A DNA stretch of 63,911 nt, counting the filler, from Basidiobolus ranarum (Eukaryota): assembly GCA_040143965.1 (NCBI GenBank). It is 9 parts of 9 records of this genome, joined end to end, with 100 filler letters (N's around TTAATTAATTAA, not from the genome) between each part and the next. Parts side by side here need not be neighbours in the genome. Positions count along the whole stretch, not along the records: positions 1 to 7,044 come from JASJQH010001189.1; positions 7,145 to 14,185 come from JASJQH010001190.1; 7 more parts are not named here. The stretch is one strand, 5' to 3'. Numbering within the stretch: position 1 is the stretch's first letter; each line of letters starts with the position of its first letter. Under the pieces are notes generated by a model. That model made no database searches, was not told the DNA's origin, and saw only the letters and a list, made by a program, of their open reading frames with translations. Positions 1-12,277 of the stretch are shown one piece after another. The position numbers were made by a program, and so were the translations under genes.

Positions 1-854
1 TTAATACCAAGAACACCTTGTCTGAGAAGGACGTGACGAACGGCAGTGGTGATGTAGTCACGGACGGGTTGACCGGAGTGGATCATGAAACCGTCAGAGA
101 ACTTCATGGCCTTAGCACGAGCAGCACGAAGCTTACCGGAAATAACGACTTCACAGCCCTTAGCACCAGATTCCATGGCGAAACGAAGAACAGAGTAGGC
201 GGCACGACGGACAGCAAGACCAGCGATCAACTTGTAACGAACAGATTCGCATTGAGCAATGGCGCAGAGACCACGGTTAGCAACTCTTTCGGCGTAAAGC
301 TCAACGGTGTTCTCGGGGAAGTTGAAACGCTTTTGAACGACGGAGGTCAATTCACGAATACGACGACCCTTCTCACCAAGAACATCTTGAGTGCGAGTGG
401 CACGGATGATGATTTCAGTGCGAGCAGGGGTAACACGGACTTCGACACCGGCGTAACCCTCTTCAGCGAGCTCACGAGTGAAGAACTCATTGAGTTCGGC
501 GTAGAAAACGCCATCGGCAACAAACTTAATTAAAGAAAAGATGAGAATCAATGACATTGTAAATTATAGTTATCAATAATGAATGAGAAGGGGAAAGTGT
601 CAGATATAAGTCAATTCCGTGCATCACGCCACAATTCCCGAAGGACAGGCGTTCAAACAAGAGGTGTCAGAAAATGCTTATTATCATCATATTCATACAA
701 GGGCCAATACAAAAAACATGATGGATGGACTACAGTGACATAGCGATACGTATATATACATGTGACAGAACGATGGATGAAAGCAACCTAATCTATTAAA
801 CAGAGAAGGTGATTAACGTACCTTTCTCTTCTTGGAGATTTGAGCAGCAGCCAT
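1..854 (-). CDS. RPS3: 40S ribosomal protein S3 (uS3), 3' end truncated by the window/contig start
   Basis: Exon 1 854..822 ([11 protein letters not shown]), GTACGT...TAAG intron 821..525, exon 2 524..1 reads [60 protein letters not shown]...[23 protein letters not shown], the canonical uS3 sequence. Confidence 0.97.
600..690 (-). ncRNA. Candidate intronic box C/D snoRNA in RPS3 intron 1
   Basis: On the transcribed strand: box C ATGATGA (690..684), D' CTGA (670..667), UUCG-capped hairpin TCC-TTCG-GGA, C'-like GTGATGC (627..621), box D CTGA (603..600). Box D lies 75 nt from the 3' splice site, and the host intron (297 nt) is much longer than the ~50-110 nt introns elsewhere. Confidence 0.6.
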
Positions 855-1542
855 GTTTGGAGTAGAGAAAGAAATCCAATTTGCAACTCTTTCCAAATTA
901 TACCTGGCCCGAATTCGATTCTCATCAAAAGTTTCCAATTTTTTTCTTTTTTTTTCGATCCATTTTATTTCTCAATGGCAGTAATATTCATCATTGCCTT
1001 TGATTCTTTATTACCGGTATTTCAGAAACCAACGATTTGGGGAAATTTCGATTGAAATGCATGTTATTAGGATTGCGATTGACAAATCAGCGATGAAAGA
1101 ACTCGTAACTCCATCCAAGCGCGAGAGAATACAAATGTTTCAATATTCATTATGGCCACCGAGTTAGGGTTAGGGTCCACTGGCCCATTGAATATCCGAG
1201 GCACAGATTAAAACATCTCAACTTCCAAATGTTTTCAGCAATACTACAACATAATATAGTGATGGGGCCAATAAAATGTCGGTCCATCACGTGTGTGAAT
1301 CAAATAATGCTCCCAGTGAATGAGGGTGAGTGATCAGGGATACAAAGAACTACCTAAGTGAAGTGTATTAACGAAAAAAAGCCCTTTGTTTTTAGGTTGG
1401 GTAAACTTAGACAGATAGAGGTTGCGGTGTACTCATTATATTAGCTTTAAATTTTTCATTTTCGCTCACTATCATTTTTACGCGAGTAAAAGTATCAAAT
1501 TAACGTAAACTGTCAATACTTCGCTCTCCAAGCATAGAAATC
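855..1542. promoter_or_regulatory. Divergent RPS3 / PP2A-A promoter with (TTAGGG)2 and TCACGTG motifs
   Basis: Head-to-head genes; TTAGGGTTAGGG at 1164..1175, TCACGTG at 1287..1293, CCAAT near 1268. Confidence 0.5.
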
Positions 1543-3837
1543 ATGAACATGGAAGAAAATGATGAACTTTATCCCGTTGCTGTTTTAATTGACGAATTAA
1601 AACACGAGGAAGTCAACTTACGCTTGAATGCTGTTAAAAGTATTTCTACTATTGCTCTTGCTTTAGGTCCGGAAAGAACAAGGGATGAACTTATTCCTTT
1701 TCTGAATGGTACATACTTTTCCATAACTTGGCAACTTCACAAGCAAACATTACTTTTAATTGATGTATATACATCATCTGATAAGCAATGTTAACAAATT
1801 TTCTTTTTACCCGCATATAGAATCTCTGGATGATGAAGATGAAGTTTTAATGACTTTAGCAGAGCAGCTTGGTGACTTTGTCGAATATGTTGGGGGTCCA
1901 AACTATGCATACGTTGTTCTAAAGACTCTTGAGAGTCTGGCCGCAGTAGAGGAAGCATCAGTTCGTAACAAAGTATGCCAACACTTTTTTTACATTTATA
2001 AGTAATGTTTGCTAATTTTGTATCAAACTCTCATAGGCCGTTGAATCTTTGTCCAAGATTTGCGAATCTTTGGATCAGCAACAGCTAAACGAGTACTATA
2101 TTCCACTCCTTCGCAGACTTTCAGCTGGGGACTGGTTTACCAGTCGTACTAGTGCTGCCGGTCTTTATGCCGCCGCCTATTCTTTGTCTTCTCCTGCTGT
2201 TCAAAGTGAAATGAGACAGCTTTTTGCACAACTCTGTAACGATGATACTCCAATGGTCCGTAGAGCTGCTGCTTCCAACTTAGCTAAACTCACCAAGAAA
2301 CTCCAAAAGGAACATGTTGTTGGAGAGATCATACCATTATTTAGCACGTTGGCCCAAGACGAGCAGGTACGTGTTAATAGCAGGATTTTTATTCAGTAAA
2401 TGGCTAATTAAACTATTTTGTATTTATTATTTGAACATCTATAGGACTCTGTTCGCCTCCTTACCGTCGAAGACCTTATATCTATTGCTGAAATTTTAAC
2501 CAGCGAAGAAACAGAAGAGAAACTTCTTGAAATTATACGCTCCCTTTGTTCTGATAAATCCTGGAGAGTTAGATACATGGTGGCCGAAAATTTTGTTCAG
2601 CTTAGCAAAGCTGCTGGTGTGGATATTGTTCGTCAGGATCTTGTTGGCTTCTTCATCAGTTTCTTACAGGATAGCGAGGGTGAAGTTCGTAGTGCCGCTG
2701 CCTCTCAAGTTCCAGGTACGGTTTGTTTTACGAAGTCCGACATTTACGACTTGTTCTGATGTATATATCTTCATTTCAATAAGGCTTTGGTGAAATTATC
2801 GGTAAAGAAGAAGTCCTTGAACATCTTCTCCCTCACCTCAAAGATTTGGTTTCGGATCAATCGCAACATGTTAGAGCCTCAGTTGCTTCCCATATTAGTG
2901 GTTTAGCTCCTATCCTTGGCAAAGAAGAGTAAGCTTTCAAACGGATTCATTATATGGGTTGATATTTTTACTAATGCTTCTATTCTGTTGTCATAGTATT
3001 ATCCAACACCTTCTTCCTTTGTTTTTAGTCCTTCTCAAGGATGAGTTCCCGGATGTCAGACTAAACATCATATCCAAATTGGAGCAGGTTAACAAGAGTA
3101 AGTGAGCTTGATATTCGATGAATATTCTACAATGTTAAAAATGGAGACTGATTGTTATATCCTACTTTCTATTATAGTTATTGGAATTGAGCTACTATCA
3201 CAGTCATTACTACCTGCGATTGTTGAGTTGGCTGAGGATAAGCAGTGGCGCGTAAGATTGGCTATCATCGAATATATTCCCTTGTTGGCTAAGCAACTTG
3301 GTGTTGAATTCTTCGATGAAAAACTTGGAAATTTGTGCATGTCTTGGTTAGGAGATAGCGTTTATTCCATTCGTGAAGCTGCTACCATCAATCTGAAGAA
3401 ATTGACCGAAGTTTTTGGTGTGGAATGGGCGAAGCAAACCATTCTTCCAAAAGTTTTGGCTATGGCTGCCCATCCCAACTACTTGTATAGAATGACAACC
3501 ATCTTTGCAATCACGGTAAGCAATTCAGTACACAATTCTATTCAGATATAATGGTTATTAAAGCGTTACAATTCTATAGACCATGGCATCTGCTGTTACC
3601 CCTCAAGTAATCAAGGAGTCTATCTTACCTACAGTTGCTAGTCTTATTTCTGATCCTATCCCCAATATTCGATTCAATGTTGCTAAGGCGTTAGAAACAT
3701 TGATCCCCTTGTTAAAGGCATCTCCAGAGACCAATGCGGTAGTGGAAGGTGAAGTTAAGTCTGCTTTGCTTCAACTTAGTGAAGATTCAGATGCTGATGT
3801 TAAATTCTTTGCCAAACGCGCATTGACGGCTAATTAG
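1543..3837 (+). CDS. TPD3: Protein phosphatase 2A scaffold (A/PR65) subunit, HEAT repeats; 8 exons
   Basis: Exons approx. 1543-1708, 1821-1972, 2037-2366, 2445-2715, 2784-2928, 2997-3097, 3178-3515, 3580-3837 with GT-AG introns; motifs [62 protein letters not shown]. Confidence 0.96.
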
Positions 3838-4623
3838 TAGCCTTTTATTTTTACATCCTTTTGCTCCTCATCTTATTTTACTTCTGTTGTTTCATTTGAG
3901 TCACTACTTTTAACTCATCTGTTAAGAACCCACCACTTCCACTTTGTATCATTTACAAAAGCAAAAAAAATAATTTGAATCTTTTTCATTTATATCAGTT
4001 TCTGGATTTATATTATATCAACATATTTATTGCCATATCACCTCGTTGTTAAATTGACTAGAAAGCAAGCAACGTGACTTGCAGTTTTATGAAGATTTGT
4101 CAAGCTCAGCAGTCCCAGAGATTGCTAGTAATTTGATTTCCACATAAATATATACTATTTTTACCGAGCTGCGTAAGTGCTTAATGCCCTCCCTTAGTCG
4201 AACTTTGAGAATACTGCTACGCCACACTTGAAGTCTACATGAGTGGTTAGCAGATGTTTGGTTTCTCCAATATTCTAATCGTTACTCAGCCACAGTGATT
4301 GTTATATACATTATTCATCTTCATCATCTTGATCAGTCAGTGAGTCTCAGAATGCAGGATACATACACACATTTATATCGAAGAGGTTGCCTGCGCATAA
4401 CAATTCAGTGGTGATCGATAGAATTGAATGTGTGAACTAAGCGGGATACGAGTGTTTCAAGCCAAGTATAAATACTAGAGTAATGAATTAGTGAAGGTTT
4501 GTCAACGACCGAGCTAACTACATAACTTCCACAATACCCATAAGAAGTTTCTTCTAACCGAAAATCTCAAGATTCAACTTTAAATTTTAATCCATTTACT
4601 ACCTACACATACTTCCATAAGCA

Positions 4624-6390
4624 ATGGTTCTCAGTTTGGGCAATGTTGCATGGATTTCTTCTAAGCCTATCCTAAAGTTAGTCATTAATGGTGGAATAGG
4701 AATCGTTCTTGCTAAAACTGGCATCTTAAATCCGAACTCGGCTAAAGCATTATCTAAGCTGATTGTAAATCTCCTGCTTCCTTGTCTACTGTTCTATAAT
4801 TTGGTAAACTCGATACGTGTAGACAATCTAAAGCAAATGGGAATCTTGGCTTTTGTCATATTTTTCTACATCGTATTAGGTGGACTGTGGGGTATCATCT
4901 ACAGATTCACTTTTAAATTACCACGGAATTTTCGCAATGGTTTCATTGCTGCTTCCATCTGGGGGAATTGGGGTGATCTACCTTTGGCGGTCATGTCATC
5001 GCTAGGAAGCACCGCTCCATTTAAGCCTGGTGATGCAGAGGTTGGGGTGACGTATATGTCCGTATTTATTGTCATGTTTAACCTGAGCCTGTTTACTCTT
5101 GGGGGATACAAACTTGTTGCTAGTGATCATAAGAATTCTGAAATAGATGAAGAAATGGCTACCGAAGTAGAAAGTAAAGACATCAACAAACCAAGTGTCA
5201 CAGTGATTAAGGGTGTAGATACTGACGCAGGTTGTAAGATAAAAATGCTCAATGAAGCTTCTTGTAAGCGTGGACGTAAATATTCTGTAACCTCATACAA
5301 TGATAAATCTCTACCAGTTTCTCCTCCACCACCGCCTATTTTCGAAGTCAATGAAAGCAACAGCGAGGAAGATGATTACATCGATCTCAGCTACTACTTC
5401 AAGCCACACAAACCGTATCAGCCATATCATCCGCAGCAACCTCACCAGCCATTACCTAGTCATCGCAACCCGATATCCGCCATTAATACACCAGTACCAA
5501 GTAAGAAAAACGACGTAGAGGTCGATTACTTCCATGGCAACCCACCACAAGAAAATCGCTATTCCTACCACAATACTGCAAACCATCAAGCTAGCAATTA
5601 TCCACGTAAAGGGTCTGTTGTCAGTACGGTGCCCAGTTTCCACCTACCATCAATTTATGAGGCTAATCCAGTCCGACCGACTGTGCAGCGTACACGTACA
5701 TACACTTCTATATCTGATTTTCAACCTATTTCAGATATAGACAGAATCGATCCCAGTGTTATGGGCAAATCAATTCACACACGCAGAACTTATAGTACAA
5801 TAGGTGATTTCGATAAATCTACCGGTGAAAGAGCGAATACTACATCCAATCGAGTTGTCGACATACTTAGAGCAGTTTTCTCCCCTCAAAACATCGCGAT
5901 CATCTTGGGAATTACCGTTGGTTTGGCACCTCCTTTAAAAAAATTGTTCGTTCAGCCACCCTCGAGTAATACCGAGCCACCCCTCTTATTTCTATTCGAG
6001 TTGATACGCATGATTGGTGCCGCATATCTTCCTATATCTTTATGTAACTTGGGTGCTGCTCTATCACGTCTTAGTATTCGGGCTGTTCCTCTGCGTATCA
6101 CTATCTCTTTTGCATTGGTGAAACTGGTACTCACTCCAATCATCGGGATTCTGTTTGTACAAGCGTTGGTATACAAATTCCATATAATCTCACCTGAAGA
6201 TCGACCATTGAGATTTTTGTCCATGTTTGCTGCATGCGTACCTACTGCAACATCAATCATGATATTGAGTCAATTCTTCAGCCCCAATGGTGAGACTAGA
6301 GAAGTAGCAGCAGTACTAGTAGTTCAGTATATAATAGGAATATTCACGATGGTGGGATCATTGATATATATTCTGAATCTACTGGGTTAA
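4624..6390 (+). CDS. Auxin efflux carrier (AEC/PILS, Mem_trans) family membrane transporter
   Basis: Intronless 588-aa ORF; N-terminal TM bundle with LLLPCLLF and GNWGDLP, long Pro/Ser-rich central loop, C-terminal TM bundle (GAAYLPISLCNLGAAL, VPTATS). Confidence 0.88.
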   Translation: MVLSLGNVAWISSKPILKLVINGGIGIVLAKTGILNPNSAKALSKLIVNLLLPCLLFYNLVNSIRVDNLKQMGILAFVIFFYIVLGGLWGIIYRFTFKLPRNFRNGFIAASIWGNWGDLPLAVMSSLGSTAPFKPGDAEVGVTYMSVFIVMFNLSLFTLGGYKLVASDHKNSEIDEEMATEVESKDINKPSVTVIKGVDTDAGCKIKMLNEASCKRGRKYSVTSYNDKSLPVSPPPPPIFEVNESNSEEDDYIDLSYYFKPHKPYQPYHPQQPHQPLPSHRNPISAINTPVPSKKNDVEVDYFHGNPPQENRYSYHNTANHQASNYPRKGSVVSTVPSFHLPSIYEANPVRPTVQRTRTYTSISDFQPISDIDRIDPSVMGKSIHTRRTYSTIGDFDKSTGERANTTSNRVVDILRAVFSPQNIAIILGITVGLAPPLKKLFVQPPSSNTEPPLLFLFELIRMIGAAYLPISLCNLGAALSRLSIRAVPLRITISFALVKLVLTPIIGILFVQALVYKFHIISPEDRPLRFLSMFAACVPTATSIMILSQFFSPNGETREVAAVLVVQYIIGIFTMVGSLIYILNLLG

Positions 6391-6626
6391 GCTACTCAAA
6401 TCTACTGCTTTTAAGCATACGGTTGTTAACTCTCCTAAATCTAAACAATCAGTTGATAACTTTCCCCGATGTACATTGTAAAATTACGATTCCTAAAATT
6501 GACCATCATAAATTAAGTTAAACCATGATTTGCTCAACATTTTATTAACAAGAAACAAAATTTACATCAAAACAATGATCCGATAGATTAATAATTTATA
6601 CAATCCATGTTTAGATCAATATGTGC

Positions 6627-7044
6627 TTAATTAACTGCCATCTTACAGGCCATCATAGCAGTTAAAGCTGCACCAACCCCACTACCGTCTTTAGCCAATA
6701 CTATTTTGATCTTCTCAACATCACCAGGACTAAGAAGTTGCTCCAATACTTTGCGTAATGACTCTTTGAATCCAGGTAAAAATTGGAATACGGTGCCATC
6801 CACACCTATGGTTATCTTCTCACCTAGAAGATCCTTGCGTTTCAGAAGTACTGCAGATAAGGCGGCACCACTAAGTTGAGCAGCACGTTCAGCTACCAGT
6901 TGAGCTACCCGCTTTACCAGAGCACGATCACCGGCCGATGTTTCGGGAATTCCCATAGTATTCTCCAAAATCAACTTAATTTCTTCCAAATCTGCACTTT
7001 CATCAGATATGATGGATGACACATAGGCAGTGTCGAAGTTGAAT
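6627..7044 (-). CDS. Hexokinase/glucokinase, C-terminal part (5' part lost at contig end)
   Basis: FNFDTAYVSSIISD...VAERAAQLSGAALSAV...ITIGVDGTVF...LAKDGSGVGAALTA, hexokinase_2 domain motifs. Confidence 0.92.
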
Positions 7045-7144
7045 NNNNNNNNNNNNNNNNNNNNNNNNNNNNNNNNNNNNNNNNNNNNTTAATTAATTAA
7101 NNNNNNNNNNNNNNNNNNNNNNNNNNNNNNNNNNNNNNNNNNNN
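7045..7144. other. Artificial contig linker N44-TTAATTAATTAA-N44 (repeated at 14186-14285, 21317-21416, 28434-28533, 35537-35636, 42639-42738, 49736-49835, 56826-56925)
   Basis: Identical 100-bp spacers carrying stops in all six frames; genes and elements are cut at the gaps; segment lengths decrease monotonically. Confidence 0.97.
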
Positions 7145-7510
7145 TTGTAAATGAGTTACCTCTGGCTCTAAGGCATCTCCACCCATGGCCAGCTGCTTGT
7201 CAATCAACTCATCATGGTATTTACTAAGATCAACTGTGATATTGAGCTTAGTACCAGGAAACTTGGTTTCGAATGCCTTGGCTAGATCCGCTGCACCATT
7301 AGGCAAATCGCCACCTGCAAAAACAGTCACCAAACCTCCCTCTTTAAGGGCGGCTTTGTAAAGTTTTTGAAGTTGGGCTTCTTCACGCTTGACGTACGAA
7401 GGTACGTAGGAAGGAGAATAGCGTGCAGGACTCGAAGGAAGAGAGTCGACTAAGGCACAGGGTAAGATAGCGGCGGTGGCTGCGAATAGGGCAAATGAGA
7501 AGTGAACCAT
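7145..7510 (-). CDS. Secreted ABC-type solute-binding protein (periplasmic binding protein type II, Fe3+/thiamine/polyamine-like), copy 1, exon 1, truncated
   Basis: Hydrophobic signal peptide MVHFSFALFAATAAILPCALVDS then LYKAALKEGGLVTVFAGGD...FETKFPGTKLNITVDLSKYHDELIDKQLA; paralog of copies 2 and 3. Confidence 0.8.
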
Positions 7511-8845
7511 TGCAATGATCAGAATAATGAAAAATGTAGAATGCCCTTGAACTTTTATAGCCTCTCACTTGAATCAAATACTATCAGTAAGTATGATAGT
7601 ATTTCATTTTAGGGAATGGTAGGTGTAGATTGGTCACAACCATTCTTAATCGAACGCTACTACTTGAGATTTATTGGGCTTTGTTAACTATATTTGGAAT
7701 GCATACTACTCAAATCATGCATCCAAATACTAACACCTGATTGCTTTAACGCTGAAGGCAATGCGTTCAAGTGATAAAATTGTATAGCAATAACTCTAAA
7801 ATAGGCTTGATCGAGACTGTGCAAGGTTGTCGTTGGAAAGTAGGTTGAATATTGTAGTTCATTTCAATAAATTAGCTACGTCGCTTCACTATTGTAACCC
7901 TGGTACCATTGCCATATATGTCTGCATGTAGAGGGATTAGATGAGGCTATCCATGCATCAATACTTTACATAGATGCATTTACTTCTATTTACAAAAGTT
8001 TCCCCGATGAACTCAGCGAAAAGTAGCCAATATTTGAAACTTCCAAGACTAACTGCAAAATTCTTTGGTTACTAGAGGCTGAATGGCGTTATAAATCTAC
8101 CTTTGACCGGTGGGTTATGACATAATTTTTTCAGTCAATTTGAATAATCCCCATTTAGATTATTTATTAATTAATACTTCGTTAACAGAGACTTGTTGGC
8201 TTGTCCACAAAGTGAATTGCATGCTAACCAATACGTGCGATTAAGTACCTCATTAGTTGTGTCAAAAAAACTCAGTCATTCTCAACCGCGGAGTTTAACG
8301 TGATCTACGCTTTATATTATGTATCGTTATCAAAAAACCGTTTAATTGTCACTAAGATAGAACCGATCGTCCCACGCAATCATAGTATTCAGATATAAAA
8401 GGAGAGTGGCAATAAATCACATTGATGACATGATTCATGTTATTGTAGCACCAAGTCATTGTTTGCTTATGTCAGTTAGTATTTAATGTAAGTTCATACA
8501 AATATTATTCATTTATCGCGATGCTCTAATCATATGATGTAACAGTCGATTACTTCGAAGTTTTCCACAAAGTTTGCAAATATCATATTATTTACTATTG
8601 GATTGATTGAAAGTAATTTTGGGGTATACATAGATACCAAGCAATCGATTTGTACCATCGAAAGAATACAAGAGTGTATACTACTTATGTTAACATCAGG
8701 AATAGCTGCTCTGGTAGAAAAAGGCATCAGATATTTAATACTTGTGTCAACACTTATTTATTTATTGGTATCCGTTAAAGATACAATAATTGCGGTAATA
8801 AATTGGGTATAGTTTTCATGGCATGAACCTGAATGAACAGTAAGT

Positions 8846-10031
8846 TTAACTATATTCCAAGTCAAGTGGAGAGGCTCCTACGACGGGTCCAATAAATTTC
8901 TCCATAAATGCCTTATCTTTCTCCACTTGAGCACGGTCCATCATATAGTCGCGGAAACCAAGAGGATCAGTATTCTTGACCTGCCAAATATGCTTCATGC
9001 CAGCTGGAGGAGGTACATCCACTCTCTGGGACCATGTATCGGTCATGAGATTCTTTTGAACATCATAAGATGTCAACCAACTAACATACAGCTTAGCAGT
9101 TGCTGGATGCTTTGCTTTCTTGAAGATGGCCCCGGTTTGTGCCCATGACTGGAAGAATGTAGTCTTAGGAACAATGGTTGTAGCTTTTTCTCCTGGAATT
9201 GGCTTCAATGATCCCGCAGTGGTAAAACTGACAGTGGAGGTACCGTTGTTGATATAGTACACTGGGGTAGTGGTGCCACGGACAGCCAATGGCTTTTGTG
9301 CAAGGTAGGCCTTGAACCAGTCTTGACCGTTCTGTTTAATCAGTCTCATGAATTGATAGAGGACAGCATCATCATCATGGGGATAAGCGTAGATGATCTT
9401 GCCATCTTTAAATTCTGGCTTCAAATAATCGACTGCTTCAATTGGCCTTTGAGCTTCGGGAAGACTAGTGCTAACCAGGTTAGTGAAGTAATAGATGTTG
9501 GTTGCCCAGTAATAACCCTCTGGATCTTTATATGGATTATAGGTGTACTTGAACCCAATCGGCTTGTATCTAGTTGACAAATGAATTAGGATCATTAAAT
9601 TGGTGATAACACTAACAATAATTCACTCACTGCATCAACGCCCCTTCAGATTTCCAGCGTGGAAAGTCCTGCACTGTTTGTAGATGGGTGACATCTGGTT
9701 CTAAAGCATCTCCACCCATGGCCAACTGTTTGTCAATCAACTCATCATGGTACTTACTAAGATCAACTGTGATATTGAGCTTAGTACCAGGAAATTTGGT
9801 TTCGAACGCCTTAGCAAGGTCCGCTGCACCATTAGGCAAATCCCCTCCCGCAAAGACAGTGACCAAGCCTCCCTCTTTAAGGGCATCTTTGTAAAGTCTT
9901 TGTAACTCTGCTTCTTCAAGCTTGACGTAAGAAGGTACAGATGGTACAGGGCCCGAAGGAAGAGAGTGCACCAGGGCAAAAGGCAAAATAGCGGCGGTAG
10001 CGGCGAATAAAGCAAAGGAGAAATGAACCAT
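8846..10031 (-). CDS. Secreted ABC-type solute-binding protein, copy 2 (complete, 2 exons)
   Basis: Exon 1 10031..9631, 61-nt GTGAGT...CTAG intron 9630..9570, exon 2 9569..8846; DVTHLQTVQDFPRWK, YPHDDDAVLY, QTGAIFKKAKHPATAKLYVSWLTS...Q are typical of bacterial ABC substrate-binding proteins. Confidence 0.85.
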
Positions 10032-11079
10032 TGTGAACTCAAGATACTCAATTTGGAATAATGACTAAAGGTGAAAACTCACCTGGTTTTATAGGGTCGT
10101 AACTTGTACGGTACATTCGAGTTGTATAGGTGTATATGGTAATGTTAAAAGTTACACTGAATGATTATTTCCTCTTCAAAGTGAATCTTGTGATTCGGGT
10201 AAATTCAATCGGATAATATATCTCGGTTAAGGTTTGTTATATCCTCAGGGATCATCAAGTTAGTAATCCAATTTTTCTCTTTTGGTGTAGCTCGTATGCT
10301 AATTCGGTTCTATCATGAAACAGTCCAATCTAAATGTAACATGAAATGTATAAATAAGGAAGTCGCTCAGGTTTGATCAATATATTGACAGCGGTCCTCG
10401 CACACTGGACTGTTTGCTACATATATGGAATGTGGCGATTCTAATATATTGACTACATAACACTCCAATACGTAGTTCAGGAACCATTACCATATCCGAA
10501 ATAGACAAGACATATGTGGGGTCTCAGATGAAAGTCTTGGCTCACTAAATAAGATATGGGCGTGAAACTCTTAGTGGAAGCCTCTAAATGTGTTCAATAT
10601 CGATGAATGAAGGTGCTTACCTACTCTGAAAATGCCACTTCTTGTCCTGATGTAATCATATATTATGGTCAGTAACTGTAACATTGGACTCATCATTTCT
10701 AACGAGCACGCAATTCTAGAATTCAAAACAATATCTATACGAGATTACTATTGGTCACCATATTCCTAAAAAACCACAATGTATCAAAACCAACGATTCA
10801 ATTTTGGTTTCAAAGGATCACGTAAACTTCATTACTATACTTTATTACTATACTGATAGTGTTCAGATTAGATATTTTCGATTAAAAAAAAGCGACATTC
10901 GTATCTAATCGAAGATCAGATCAGATTAGCCCATTATCTACCACTTCATTGGTACACTTTCATTTATTGCTTTATTATATAAATTCTACATGAAATCGAT
11001 TTACTGATTGAAGTGTGCTGCTCAATCTCCATTTAATTAGAAGCAATCTTGATTCGTCAAAGTAATATGCATGTTCACC

Positions 11080-12277
11080 TCAGCTATAATGCAAAGCAAG
11101 TGGAGAGGCTCCTACAACTGGACCAACAAACTTTTCAATGAACGCCTTGTCTTCTTCCACTTTGGTACGATTCATCATGTAGTCTCGGAAGCCAAGGGGA
11201 TCCGTATTTTGGATCTCCCAAATAGGCTTCAAGCCAGCTGGTGGTGGAACATCAGTTCGCTGAGACCATGTATAAGACATAAGGTTTTTTTGAACATCAT
11301 ACGAAGTTAACCAACTGACATATAGCTTTGCCGTTGCTGGGTGTTTGGCCTTCTTGAAAATAGCACCTGTCTGTGGCCAAGACTGGAAGAATGTAGTCTT
11401 GGGAATTATAGTCGTATCTTTTTCACCTGGTGTTGATTTCAATGATCTGGCCGTAGTAAAACTGACTAATGAGGTACCATTATTGATACAGTAAAGTGGG
11501 GTAGTTGTACCCCGAACAATTAAGGGCTTTTGTGCAAGGTAGGCTTTGAACCAGTCTTGACCATTTTGCTGAATTAGTCGCATGAATTGATAAAGCACAG
11601 CATCATCATCATTTGGATACGTGTACATGATTTTTCCATCTTTAAACTCTGGCTTCAAATAGTCGGCTGCCTCAATCGGTCTCTGAGCCTTAGGAACAGT
11701 AGTACTAATCAGGTTGGAGAAGTAGTAGATATTGGTAGCCCAATAGTAGCCTTCTGGATCCTTGTATGGATTATATGTGTGCTCAAACCCAATTGGCTTG
11801 TACCTAGTTAACAAATAGATCAGAAACACTATATCGCTCATAACATCAACAATAATATATTTACTGTAGCAACGCCCCTTGTGATTTCCAACGAGGAAAG
11901 TCCTGTAAAGTTTGCAAGTGGGTCACATCTGGCACTAATGCATCCCCTCCCATAGCTAACTGTTTGTCAATCAACGCGTCGTGGTACTTGCTAAGATCGA
12001 CGGTGATATTGAGCTTGGTACCAGGGAATTTGCTCTCAAATGCTTTCACTAGATATGCTGTTGCATTAGGCAAATCACCTCCCGCAAAGACAGTCACTAG
12101 ACCTCCCTCTTTAAGGGCGTCTTTGTAAAGCCGTTGAAGTTCAGCTTCCTCCTGCTTGACGTAGGAAGGTTCATTTGATGAGGAGTCTCTGGCTACTTCA
12201 GAAGGAATAGAGTTAACAAGGGCAAAAGGTAAAATAACCACAGTAGCTGCGAATAGAGCATATGAAAACTGAATCAT
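11080..12277 (-). CDS. Secreted ABC-type solute-binding protein, copy 3 (complete, 2 exons)
   Basis: Exon 1 12277..11865, 61-nt intron 11864..11804 at the same codon position as in copy 2, exon 2 11803..11080; signal peptide present. Confidence 0.85.

Noticed and set aside
18-533. 171-aa plus-strand ORF
   Set aside because: Antisense shadow of the strongly codon-biased RPS3 exon 2; non-ATG start and no independent evidence
7089-7100. Recurrent palindromic TTAATTAATTAA every ~7.1 kb
   Set aside because: Synthetic six-frame-stop linker inside the N gaps, not a biological periodic element
8927-11811. Plus-strand ORFs overlapping the solute-binding genes (8927, 9296, 9688, 11071, 11587)
   Set aside because: Antisense shadows; they recur only because the sense genes are paralogs
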